From Azolla caroliniana (lineage: Eukaryota > Plantae > Polypodiophyta), in NCBI GenBank assembly GCA_043228905.1, contig JBHGNT010000015.1, forward strand, positions 13,144,001 to 13,208,000: a stretch of 64,000 nucleotides of DNA, read 5' to 3'. Below, in pieces: positions 39,361 through 52,137 of this stretch. Position numbers and translations under genes: made by a program. A model generated the notes under the pieces. That model was given only the letters and a program-made list of their open reading frames with translations, searched no databases and was not told where the DNA came from. Within the stretch, counting starts at the first letter, position 1; every line of letters starts with the position of its first letter.

Positions 39361-41193
39361 TCTAACGTCCGAATAGGGATTAAAATAATAATATGACTAT
39401 GTAGGCAGGTCTAATGTGCCACATTGATGTATTCATGTAAAGCAAGATTTGAACCATGCACCTTTAGTGTTTGAAGCTTTGTATTTACAAATAGGTTAAC
39501 TATTCTTATGGTTCTGATTTATTTAAAATTTATATAGATACACTAAATCAAATATCAAAAGGTAGCTTGAAGTTTCCAACACGACAATTTGAGTCTACAA
39601 CCCATCCTCTTTGGTTCAAGTCCTCGATGATCCTACTCACATTTCACATGCAAGTGAATAACTTCACAACAATAGTTTATGTGGTTCAGACATTCATCGC
39701 AAACCAAATTGTTCCCAATTTCTACTCTTTAGCTTGGAGAGTTTACAATGTACATATAGTGGATGGGTTTCTAAGTCCCCTTTTGAACATAGCAGACTAT
39801 TAACAACCCTTTACCCAAGTGCCATCTAACATTGATATCATAACTCGTCTCAAAGAAACATCAATGTGCTACATATTAGGTATTTCTACATGTCTATGGT
39901 TTTAAATTAGTATAAGAGAGATGTGCCACTATTTCTCACCCTACTATAATATAATATAGCCATACGCTAATAATCAACATTTTTTTACTTATCGTAGCTA
40001 CAAATGCCATGCATATTCACATCTTCTTCATTTCTAAGCAGCCCTAACCTCAACAATACCCTTGTGTCCTATGTCTTGCCCACTAGATATACACAGATCA
40101 TGCAATTGGCCTTACATCCATTAATACACTCAAAATTGCAATTGATAGTATATGATAATATTGCATAACATTTTGTTATCCTCTTATGCTCCCTTTATGA
40201 GGTTAATGTACATATAATGAGACTAGCATAACTTGCTTGGCTCTAGCTCAATTATGAGCATTTTGTGGTTCCTGTTTGGGGCTTGTTTCAACTCCAATTT
40301 GATCTTTCATATGCTCAAGGTGTAGAGTGCACATGTATGGAAGCCCTACCTACTTTATATATTTATAAAAGGCTACACAAGTCACAATTGGGAAATTAAA
40401 GCATTAAAGAAGCAAGAAAGGTTGGAGTTATTTGTATGTGTTGCATCTTTGACATTTCAAGCATAACAAGAAAGGTTCTCCTTAGATATCAATAACCTCC
40501 ATAAGTATGTTGGGACTTGTCTTTCGTTTAGTATGCAACATTGATGTGTGCATGTAAGAAATGGATTTGATTAGCTTTTGTTTGGTTTGTAAGGTCAATC
40601 AATTTGTTTCCCCCCATTTAGTCATCATATATTCATGGACTTTTATCATATCTCACATCTCCATATTATCCGGTGCAAACATTGCAACTTCTTCAAAGGA
40701 TGAACATGTTCCGTAAGAACAACAATTATAACGTGTGATGCAATATCTTTCATGAGAACATGTTATGGTAGCTAGCATTTACATGTCAAAATGTGAGCAC
40801 CAAGATTTAGTGGGTATGCTTGGTAAATTGACTAAAAACATCTTCGAGTATTGAGAAATCTGATGAATCAATCCAGGGTTCTCAAACATGATGTTCTCAT
40901 ATGGTTTGTATAGCATTCTCCTGAATCCCCTTCTTGAATTTACAGCCACATAGAACTAAAATGAACTGAACAGCCTTTCAATAATGGTCCATATGAGACC
41001 AGGGTATAGGATTTAGGGTTAATAATGTACATAATCAAGTGCCTAATATGATGGTGTTTGACATGTCGGAGGATATACTACAAGTGGCAAGTTTAATCCT
41101 TGACCTGTGATGGCTAGCTCCATTTTTGTCAACATTTCCTGAGATATAATACAGCTGCTTATGGTCATTTGTTGTACAAACCAGATAAACACC

Positions 41194-44100
41194 TTAGCTG
41201 AATCCCAAGTGTTTCATCATCAAGCAGAACTCAGAGCCTGAAATGGCCTTTGGTTGTGGCCATTTTGCATCTGGAGGAGTTTTCACAACCTTATAACCAG
41301 CCCCTAAATAGAGACCTATGGCAGCTGGATTGTTTTTGTCACAGTGTAAAGCAATGGAATGGCAGCCCCAGCTTGTTGCTACTTTCTCTGATTCTTGGAT
41401 TAAGCTCCTTGCAATGCCTTTCCTCCGTGCTTTCTTCTTTACGGCCACATTCGAAATATAGGCTATTCCAGTCCTACAGAAGAAACCACATAATTAACGA
41501 ATTCATAAGCCAACTTAAATAAGACGAATAACATAAGCTAGTTACAAAAAGTAAGGATAATTTTATTTCAAAAGGAGATACTGACTGAAAAACACATGTT
41601 CAAGACCAGTGTTGCAATCTTCTACGGTATACAAGAACACTAGCAAATTAGCTTCATTCAGATACCAATAAAAGAAAAAGAAATGTGCTCCAAATCTAAC
41701 TCTAAAATTTGAAGGATGGCAATGCATTCAGAATCCCATACCATTACATAATTGCCACAAATGATAAAACAGGACCCTCTACATCCTAAATGTCCTTTTG
41801 CCTTCTATAGCCAAAGTTATTGGTTATCAAAGTATCCATTCAATATTCACTAAATGTAGACCCCAAAATGAAATAAAATGATCAGGTTGGGGGCTGCAAT
41901 AATTCTGCCAATTCCATGTCAAATGTTCTTAGCTTGTCATGATGCACAATATGGTACTTGTATGATGTTCAATTGCACAGTGTACTTGCACTATTTTAAG
42001 ACTTATATATCATACAATATAATAAATATAGAGAAGAAATTCCATCGCTAAATTTAAACATAAAAACATTCAGACTCAATTGACAAGAAAATGGTACAAT
42101 TTAGAAAGTAAAAGTGCATTGTAAACTGTCCAAAATCATAGATTTTTAACATCTGACAAACGATCAGACGTAAAAACATGAAAGAAATTGAGTAAATTTT
42201 TTAAGTTAGAAATTAGAACGAGGAAAAAAGCAAGAAATTGTTGAGCAAGAATAGGTCTTGAAGAAATTGCATCCAAAACAAATTTCCTGAATTTCCTAAA
42301 TTGCTGAATTTGTTTTTCTTCTAAAAGTTGGCCTGAGTCAACCTAAGCCTAGACCTTCCAAGCAACTCTCTTACCCATACAAAAAACCTATTCCACTTCT
42401 TTCTTTCTCACACATACCACTTACTCATTACAACCCTAAGCCTAGACATCCCAAGTTGGTCAATAATCTACTGCTCATATTCGTGATATTTATTCAGTTT
42501 TATGGGAGGTTTGTGGTGTTAACATATTTGTACTCTTTTTTCTTTAATAATTAAAAAACTCTAAACTCTGACGAATTAAAAATGATTTTTAACATTTAAA
42601 TGTTAGGGCATAATATGACCATAACCACATTGTCAAACAACCAATACTTCATGTGGGACTATTGAAAGTGTACTTACTGACATTTCCTCTCTATTATGGA
42701 CTATATTGCATGTCCGTTGGTCATTCAATTATTGGTCAAATCAACAATGGGGAACTTTCCAACCAAATGTGCTTAAAAGGTTACCCTGGATAAACGTGGA
42801 GAATGTATCCTGACTGACACCCATGTGTCCCAGTTACTTCATGAACTAGGTCTTTCCAAGGTTCATGGTGAGGACCTATTGGGTACAAAAATTACCTACA
42901 GCATGAAGGTAATAAAATCTGATAGGAGAGATATATTTAGAGTTCAAACCTTCTTGTACGAGTTGATTTTCGCTTTGGTAAAAATTCTGCCACAGTGTCG
43001 ACTGTTAGAATACCCAATATGCTCTCCAACTGAGAGCTATCTCTGTAGCCTTCATCTGATCTCTTCCAACTAAGCAAAGGTTCTCCAGTAGCAATTTCAT
43101 CATGCTCCGGACAGTGTGTAGATGTGCATGAACCGGCAGCAATCAGCCATTTCCTCTCACAACCAACGGGCAATAGCAATGATCCAAACATTGCCAAAAA
43201 CCTATATCAAGAAAAAGCATTTTGTATGCATGAGAAGAGCATTTACATTAGCGTAATATAAACTTACATCAATGGAGCTGCTATCTTCGAGCAACATACA
43301 TATAATCTGCTATTCACCATCTTTCAACTGGCATCCATTTCTTCATTGTCTCACTTTGCATCAAGCTCATCACCATCTTTTAACTTACATCAAGTTCTTC
43401 ACATCTATTACATGCCATCTTTCAAGTTTCAACTGGCATCAATTATTTCATTAACCCTTGCCTTACATCAAGTTCTTCGACATCTTTTAACTTGCATAAA
43501 GTTCTTCACTGCCTTTTAACTTACATCAAGTTCTTCACTGTCTTTCAACCTAAGTCAGTTCTTCACGACTTTCCACTTACATTAGTATTTTCACTGGCTT
43601 TCAACTTACATCCATTTCACAACCGTCTTTCAAATTTCAGTTAGCATTGATTGATACATTAACCTTCTTCTCACCTCAATTTCTTACCCCGTCTTTTTAA
43701 CTCACATCAATTTATCCACATGCAACTTTCTTCTATCATGTTATTTGCCAATTACTTGCCAAGCCTTAGAATAGCATCCATGGTACCCCATCTTTTTTAA
43801 CTCACATCAATTTATCCATATGCAACTTTCTTCTATCAAGTTATTTGTCAATTACCTGTCAACCCTTAGAATAGCATCCATGGGGAAGATCAGATCAGGA
43901 AGAAAAGCGCTACAATGTGTGTCTGAAACTGCCCAATAGTCTCCAACCTGTGCCTCTTTAATGGTGAGGCGTAATCGGCGCTGCTCCAAAGAATCCACTG
44001 ATAAACCATCATCATTTGTGAGTCTCGGATCCAATCCAGATTCAGAATATCTGCAACCCTTCCTGTGGGTTCTTGTTCTGCCGATGGGTTCTGTCGGAAA

Positions 44101-44325
44101 TCCAAATAGGAGGTGAGAATGCATACCTTAAAGGTCGAGAAATGAATCAAGAAAAGGAGCGCGGGGTGTGAGTGAGTGAGTGAGTGAGTGAGTGAGTGAG
44201 TGAAGCTTACTCTGTGAAACATGGAGGGAGGTTGGGTACAATCTCTGGCGACGGTGGATAACAGAGAAAGAAGAAGAAGAAGAAGAAGAGGAGGAGGAGG
44301 AGGAGGAAGAAGGAAGCAGTAACAT
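41194..44325 (-). CDS. GNAT10: Plastid GNAT-family N-acetyltransferase (resembles At1g72030/GNAT10), 293 aa; exons 44325-44211, 44090-43856, 43201-42950, 41473-41194
   Basis: GT-AG introns with matching phases (1,2,2); poly-Ser transit peptide; GILTVDTVAEFLP, TGIAYISNVAV..RRKGIA (acetyl-CoA motif), IALHCD.NN.AA..LY and WPQPK. Confidence 0.88.
43310..43881. repeat. Intronic degenerate repeats (TTTAACTTACATCAAGTTCTTCAC-like) plus a ~100-bp duplication of the exon-2/intron-2 junction
   Basis: Visible repeat units; 43692-43782 matches 43791-43882. Confidence 0.8.
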
Positions 44326-44355
44326 GGCCAATCCCTTGGTGTAGACTTTAGGCCT

Positions 44356-44395
<40 letters not shown>

Positions 44396-44567
44396 CAACA
44401 TTCATATGAGACCCTCTCGCTCGTGTGTCTATTCTGCATCAAATGATAGAGAGGGCTGGCGAGGGAATCGCGGCCACAGACGGTGTAGGTCGCTTAGAGG
44501 AAGGCGCGTGCGATCTGCACCGTCAGATTTCGATAAGGAAGAACGCGCGAAAAAAAAAGTTGTCAGA

Positions 44568-44760
44568 GGTCGCCCAACTCTGAGTCGATGGTCGCCCAAC
44601 CCTGTCAGAGGTCGCCCAACTCTGAGTTGTTGGTCGCCCAACCACAATTGGTCGCCCAACTCTGACTGTTGCAAGTCGCCCAACTGTTTTAGGTCACCCA
44701 ACCCTGACATTTGCAGGTTGCCCAACCGATTGGTCGCCCAACCGTTGCAGGTCGCCCAAC
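44568..44760 (+). repeat. Subterminal array of ~10 GGTCGCCCAAC motifs
   Basis: Direct count. Mostly inverted copies also occur at 52400-52910 and 48648-48735. Confidence 0.9.
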
Positions 44761-45136
44761 CAAATGTATCATTTCGACCAAAATCTTCAAATAAGCTTGT
44801 TCATTACCCTTAAAACTTACAATAACATATCAAACAGTCACAAAATCCAACCTTAAATTATTCAAAATCGACGATCTTTACCATACTTATGTTAAAACAA
44901 ATAATCATATTAAAACATAAAACATAAAAGTTAAAAAACATAAAACTTAAAACTGAGAATGTAAATCCACTTTAAACACCGTAAACCCAAATCAAAGGAT
45001 GACCTACTTGAATAAGGAAACTTAAAACATAAATCAACATATGACATACTCCCAAATGCACTCATAAATCAACATAAATCCACTTGAAACATTGTAAACC
45101 CAAATGCACCGGTCCGCAAAACCACTCAAGCTATGT

Positions 45137-48057
45137 TTATGGCTCATCCGGAGATGATGGCAAACGACCACAATTCTTGCAACAATCAACATTTGAGTTC
45201 CTTGATCTAAAGGTCAAGGCATCGCAATGCAAGCATCGCATCTTCTCTGTTGCACATATTGGCAACCGCCTCCTAGCTCGACTTGCGCCTCTTTGCATTT
45301 TTCCTGTGTGTGCCTTGGAAGTGCTTGGGGAGCTGCCAATAAGATCTTGTGAAATGTTGATTGATGCTCCCCTTTTTGCACCAATTGCTTGCTTACGCCC
45401 TATGGATCCACAGTCTTCTTCATTGGTTGGTTTTGGTGCACCTAGGTGATACACTAGCGTCTGACCTATTTCTTCAATGGACTCCATACATCCCAAAATT
45501 GTTGCACGGTTGAGGGATCGTAACCCTTGCCTAAGACATTGAATAGCCCCCTCAACCGTTTGTATTTTCGACTCCCATTCCTCCATTTGTGATGTTATAG
45601 GGTTTGTCTCCTCGACTGGTCCTACCTCTGTCTCCACTTCCGTCTCTGTGAAATGGTCATTGCGCATATGGGTTGCATGATCTATAAAAGGCAACGACCC
45701 ACATAGATGTGGCATGTGCCTCTCAATAATCATCCTGATGCCGAGTATATGCTTACATTTACTCGTAGGGTCTAGGCAATCACAATATAAACATTGGAGC
45801 GATACATTATACCATACATTCGGTTTTGTCAAGCTCAATATTTTAAACCAATATCGGGGCTCGTCCACAATATGCATTGTCACATCATTAGTTTCATACC
45901 TCTCTAGTAGCCTTTCGGCCTCTTTAAGTCTTGTTGTTTGATCCCTACAATTTGCACGTGGTGCAAATCTACCACTCTCACATATTTCTTGTCGTTGCTT
46001 GTACCATTCAATAACAGTACCCCCGATGCAAGTGCCAGTTTGATTGTCCTCAATTAAAACATGCACAAGATCGGTAATTGATCAGTTTATCCTCCCTCTT
46101 AAGGCAATATATTTGATAAACTGCCAATGTCTCTCCACGAGATTGGTAGTGTCAACATGTCCATAGTTGAACATTCTACCAAATTTGGGCCACAATTTCC
46201 TCCACACACATGTCAAGCCACACAATCCTCCTCCTATTATTGCCAAACACCTGGCTTGTTTGCATATTCTACCTTTAACTCCTCACATTGGGCATTGAAT
46301 GTGGATTCCATAATGCATTGCATGAGTTGGCACATCCGATTATAAAGATGGTTTCTCTCAGTTGCACTTACCTTTGGCAACAAGTTGTCCAACCATGTTT
46401 TTTTTGCGTGGAAGTGACACAACAAAAGTCGACAATGTGTTTGCGACCTTTGCCCATTTGTAACTATCCAAGATAATCGGTTTGTTGCAACCACATTACT
46501 TATGGCATTATATGATGTCCAACTTTTATCGATGACTATGGCATTTGGCATCACACTAGGCATCCGTGCAAATATGACTCTCAAGCAAGTTTCTAAAGCT
46601 ACTTGCTCATGGTTAGACCCCTTATCAGAACTACATATCATGTACCATAATGGGATACCAACTCCCATGGCATTTGGGGCCACAACTGCATATAATGGCA
46701 AGCAAAATTGGTTTGTTTTAAACGTGGAGTCAATTGCCCAAGAGTTGTTTATTGCCAATCGCTCACACATCTCTAACATCCATTCATCTTGGAGCACCAA
46801 GATGAACGGTTGCCTTGCGGGAGATCCATATTCACCAGGCAAGTAGGGTTGGACATGAGCGACCTTCCCAAGATCTCGGAGGGCATAGGCATCTTGCATC
46901 ATCAAAGACCAATCAACCCCTGACATGACACTCCCAAATTTTAACTTGTTGGTCATGTTATTGACCTCCTTTGGTATCATAAAGAACCTATAACTCACAA
47001 GGTCTAATGGACTAGCCTTGGACTTATGATATGCTTCCTTACGCATGCTCATCCGTGCCACATGTCATGCGCAACCAACATAAAAAAGGTCATCTCTACA
47101 ACAACTTATAACATTTGGGGCCATTGGCAAATAGTACGCATCTGGTCTACTTCCCAGTACATGATCCGTATGAGGTCCATATATTGAAACGGTCACTGTC
47201 CTATGGTCAACCCCGCCATTCATTCGAGCGTTCACATGAAAAGTACACCCACATCAAGATGAATGCTTTCTACGTCGAGTGCATGGATATTGCTTGTTGG
47301 CCACACCGCATTGGTGACAATTATACCTAGTCACATGTGCACCCCTTGTGATCCCTATACGGAAGCGTGTGTGATACCTCAATTGAACATCTATGAGCGT
47401 ATCATCAACCCTATGTGCCTCTATCTTGATCACTTCTATGGGTCTAGACTTTTTATATTTCACAACACTTGTCCCCTCCATGTCACATGGAGTTAACCTC
47501 GACACAACTTGACAACCACATTGGTCAATCACTGCTTTCACATACGCACTAGGGATCCCATGGTCACGAAGGTCATTGGACCAAAGTCTCTTTAACTTTG
47601 ATAGAGTACTTGTCAAAGAACGGTGCGATGTGCCACAATGTGACGCCAATACTATCTCCCTCCATTTCTCTACGTGTGTAATCTGAAGATGAGGCGATGC
47701 CTTAAGGTGTATTGCATTCTCATTTCTAAGCGTGAGACGACTCTTCATGCGCCTCCATGTATGTAAATTAAGAGGTGCACCCCTTGCGAGTGTGCTTAAT
47801 ATTTCAAATGTTACCTTAACTTGACCCAATAAATCTTTAAGCATTAAATCGTACATACCTCTAGTGAACGCAAAATACCTCGCCGAATAGTACATGAAGG
47901 GATCAACCTCCTCCGCCTCTTCTTCGGATGAAACCGACTCATAGTCTTCGGATGTAGATGAATCCAAGTCTTCGTCGATGGTTGCGGAGTATGGTGATGC
48001 ATAACCATCCTCAGAATCATACAAGGACATGATGAAATCTATTTCATTTGGATTCAT
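45137..48057 (-). pseudogene. MULE transposase pseudogene (~970 codons): H2C2 zinc + WRKY/GCM1-like + DDE + SWIM + C4 zinc ribbon
   Basis: IDSTFKTN, VIDKS, CHFH, TTNLVERHW and CDCLDPTSKCKH. Three in-frame TGA stops (about 47255, 47066 and 46083) and one frameshift near 46237. Confidence 0.88.
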
Positions 48058-48084
48058 CTCGACAACTTGGTTTTCTTGTAGTGA

Positions 48085-48510
48085 TTAATCAGAGGTAATT
48101 TAAGCTAGAGAATGTGATAAAGTGAATTTGATTAAGATAGATATTTTGATTAAGATAGAGACGATGATTATAAGAATCTGATTAAGCTAGAGAATGTAAT
48201 TAATTGAACTTAATTAAGATCGAGAATCTGATTAATTGAACCTGATTAAGCTAGAGAATGTGATTAAGTGAATTTGATTAAGATAGAGATTATGATTAAG
48301 ATAGAGACGGTGATTATAAGAATCTGATTAAGCTAGACAATGTAATTAATTGAACCTAATTAAGATAGAGAATCTAATTAATTGAACTTGATTAAGATAG
48401 AGAATGTGATTATAAGAACGTGATTAAGACAAAGAATGTGATTATAAGAACTTGATTAAGACAGAGAATGTGATTAATTGCTTCGGATTAAGATAGAGAA
48501 TGTGATTAAT
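48085..48510. repeat. AT-rich tandem array (TGATTAAGATAGAGAATG-like units) upstream of the transposase
   Basis: TGATTAA(G) recurs at short, variable spacing. Confidence 0.88.
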
Positions 48511-49572
48511 TTAATATGATCTTAAAAGGTAATTAACTGGAGATGGAATTAGCTCTGATTAAAATGACGGTGAAGGGTTTAATATGACTTAAAATGTGAT
48601 TAATTTACATGTTAATATGACCGTTTTTTTGGCCGTTTAGGTAATAGGTTGGGTGACCTGGATTATGAGGTTTGGGCAACCTGGTTGGGTTACCATTTCA
48701 ACATAGAATTAATTTTAAGAGGTTTGGGCAACCTGGTTGGTTACCATTGATGTTTTTTACAAGGGTTGGGAGATAGATTGGTTTAAAACAGCTTTTTCAA
48801 ATCAGCTCTTTCGAAGAGATTAACTTTTTCGCGAATCAATTGGTTTACATTTGAGATTGATCAAGGATTCCTCGAGAAGTTAAAGGGTAAGTTTCTCTGC
48901 TGAATGAAAAATCGTCGTTCATTAAAGAAATAAAAAAAGTCCTTTTTTTAGACATACACGAGCAAGGTTCTAGGAACATTGCTAAAGTCAATTGAAAGTC
49001 TTTTAGGAACTAGGAGCCGTGCAAAATTAGAATTTCATGCACAGTTGTGAATGAGCGGGAAGATCGAAAATCTTCTTTTCGACTCTGACGCTCCCACACC
49101 AGTTGTTGCTTCTTTTTCTTGCAAGGTGATATTACTAATAAGATAGAGAAACGATTAAGTAGATGATTGGTTAAAACATCAAATCTATTGGAGATCACAA
49201 CTTGAGAAACTTTTAAAACAGCAAATCAACTTTAGATCACAACTTGTGATTGGTTTAAAACAACAAATCAACTTGAGATAAACACTTGTTGTAAACAACA
49301 TTTCCATTAATAAGTAATCGTGATATACAATGAGTCGATTCTCACTATACAAAATTTGTGTGGATTCCAAAATATAGTTACAACATTAGCTCTATAGCAA
49401 AATCTGTGCTGAAAACAACATTCACAAAATTTACAATATGGAGCCACCGGTCGCAGGTGCAAATCCTAGTACCCTTCGTGCCCACTCGTCAATATGATTC
49501 CAAAGTGAATCCACTTCGCGTTTGGTGAACCACATCTTTGTGCCCTGTCACCAAATATGTATAAGAACACAT

Positions 49573-51100
49573 CTATACACAATCCACATGAATAAGGCAT
49601 AAAGTCGGAGATATCCATCCTTGTAGGAACTCCCCCACCAACATTTGGATAGTCTTCATCATGTAAAAGCCGGAATCCCAACAATTTGGTTGAGTTGGGA
49701 TGTGCAATACGTGATTTCGACCCTCGAGCACAATGGTGTGTTCTGATGGTTCAGATGAAATTTCCCGAATCGCCAACTTTGCCATTCTCCGCATGTTGTC
49801 AGTCGTCGCGTTGTTCAATGGATCGCAGAAGACTACTTTGCTAGTTAGCTTAGAAACTTTATGTCGCATCTTCGTCCACAACACCCAATGCCCGTCAAGC
49901 ACAATTAGAAGGAACATAAAATCACATTCAACCACCTTCCTAAGGATGGCTTGCCCCTTCATCGTCTGTTGGTGTAGCGTCACCCACAATGGGTCGACGA
50001 CGGTGAAGCTTTCTGTCACCTCGAGTGGCAACGAGTACTCCATCCACAACGTGAATAAGGTAATAGTCCACGTCGATGCCATTTCACGACACTTGCACAT
50101 GGTCTCAAGATCTGACTCGGTAACGTCAAGGGCCAAATCGAGATGTTGGTCGGCCAGCTGGTACCTGAATGCATAGAAATATGTAGTTTGAGTAGGTACA
50201 TCACACCCCATGTCAATTAGTAGGACACTAGTTTATATTTCGCATAAACCCTACCTGGAAAAGTGTTTATTTGGTGATTGGATCCATAACCTTATGCCCT
50301 TGCCATGCTGAATTTGAACAATGGCCACATCCAGAGTAGCGTCATCTGAATCTGATGTTAGGGAATAAACATCAGTGTGTGACTCGACCTCCTTCCGTCG
50401 GACTGGCATCTTCTGTCGTCTCCGTCTCGGTGGAGTGGACACACCACCCTCAGATGGGTTTAGAGCCTCATCCACATCCATGGACACACCCTGCGGTTGG
50501 GTGGATATCCTCGCCTTTTTACACTGTTTCACCACAATAAGACACATGTTATTATCTGAATTCTGCCAATAAACCCTCCAACACATATCTGAAATGAAAT
50601 CCTCGCTCATACTTACATAAGAATCCAAACTGGATGATATCTTCTTCGTCAACATCTCCAAATGCTCATCCTTTTTGGAGTCATATATGGCCATCTCGTT
50701 GTCCATAAATCGCGCCACGAACTCTGCCTCTGTGTCAAGACGGAGTTCAGCAGGAATAGAGTTTTGCGATACCACCTTGGCGAGAGGCAGCAATACTCAC
50801 TATAGATACACGCACGGGCCTTGTTCCCACTTCCATCTCTTCCAACCTTATACAACGAGTCTGGGCAAGGTGCATCTGTTTCTTTTGTAAGTGTTACATA
50901 TTTAAGATTGACATAAAGATTGGCATAAAGATTGACATATTGCAATGACACCAAATCCACATACCATCTGGAGGAGCATCTTGGTCGAATGTTGCCATGG
51001 CATGTATGGGCTCGATCTGAGGCGTATGTGTCTGATCCATTCTGTCCCCACTCGTACACATGTCGGCTGATGAACTTCGCCAATGTCTTCTAACGACAAC
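49573..51100 (-). pseudogene. MULE-borne Ulp1/peptidase C48-like gene, multi-exon, catalytic Cys replaced by Ser
   Basis: GHWVL, FCDPL and PTQPNCWDSGFY (consensus QxNxxDCG). The phase-2 intron 50254-50165 joins ORFs 50251-50793 and 49573-50211; upstream exons are uncertain. Confidence 0.7.
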
Positions 51101-51824
51101 CTTTTAACAAATCACGAGTCAACATACATGCATCAAACCCTAAACCAATATTAGGGGGAGATTGGTTCGTGATATACCTCTCTTTAGTTGGATATATGTC
51201 ACTATTATCGAAATCCCACCAATCTTTGTACTTGGACTTGGAAGCCATCGACCACCATTCAAGTAATCAAACATTTTTTGAATTTAATACTCAAACACAC
51301 ACAATATTAAGTTTAAGCAAGCAAATCATTAAACCCGAAACCCTAATCCGTCACTTCCAAATCTCCCCATATGTTATATCCTACTTATCATGTTGCAATA
51401 ATTAGATTAAGCAGGAATGAGACTCAAATCCCAATGTCTTATAAAATGAGTGCTTTTTACATGATTAAGTTTATGTAGGATGAGGCCCTAGTCCCTAAAG
51501 ATGGATAGTTTTACATTAATTCGAATTTCAACATTTGTCTAGGCTGTAACAATGTCGAATGAAACCCAAAATCCCCCCAAAAATGGCTAGTATTTTCCTA
51601 TAATTTCAACTATAACCTAAGTTTCTAGTAATGCAAACTAAATCCCAAAAAACAAGCAAAAATCTTCATCATAGGCCACATTAGGGATGATGGATATTGT
51701 ACCCTAACGTGATGAAAAACCATTGAATTGTGCATAAAATGCATACATGGAAAAGAAAGATTATTATGGAAAGACAAGAAATATTATTACAAAAATAATG
51801 TGAAGAACGGAGAGATTGTTAATA

Positions 51825-52137
51825 GGGAAAAGTACCAGGATACCCCTGGAAGTTCGTCTATTTACCAGAATGCCCCTGGAAATTCCAAATTTACCAAACT
51901 ACCCCTATGTCCAAAAAATTACACTTTATAAAGTAATTATACACTCAAATCTTTGGTAAATAGGGCTAGTTTGGGTCCATTTCTTCCATCTTTGGTCAAT
52001 AGGGCTTGTAGATTTGAGTGTATAATTACTTTATAAAGTGTAATTTTTTGGACATAGGGGTAGTTTGGTAAATTTGGAGCTTCCAGGGGCATTCTGGTAA
52101 ATAGACAAACTTCCAGGGGTATCCTGGTACTTTTCCC
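51825..52137. mobile_element. Mutator-type foldback MITE (313 bp) nested in the MULE
   Basis: ~126-bp near-perfect TIRs GGGAAAAGTACC..GGTACTTTTCCC; 9-bp TSD TTGTTAATA at 51816-51824 and 52138-52146. Confidence 0.93.

Noticed and set aside
43890-44442. ORFs 43890-44405 and 44128-44442 as separate genes
   Set aside because: Microsatellite-derived frames; the real exons within them belong to GNAT10.
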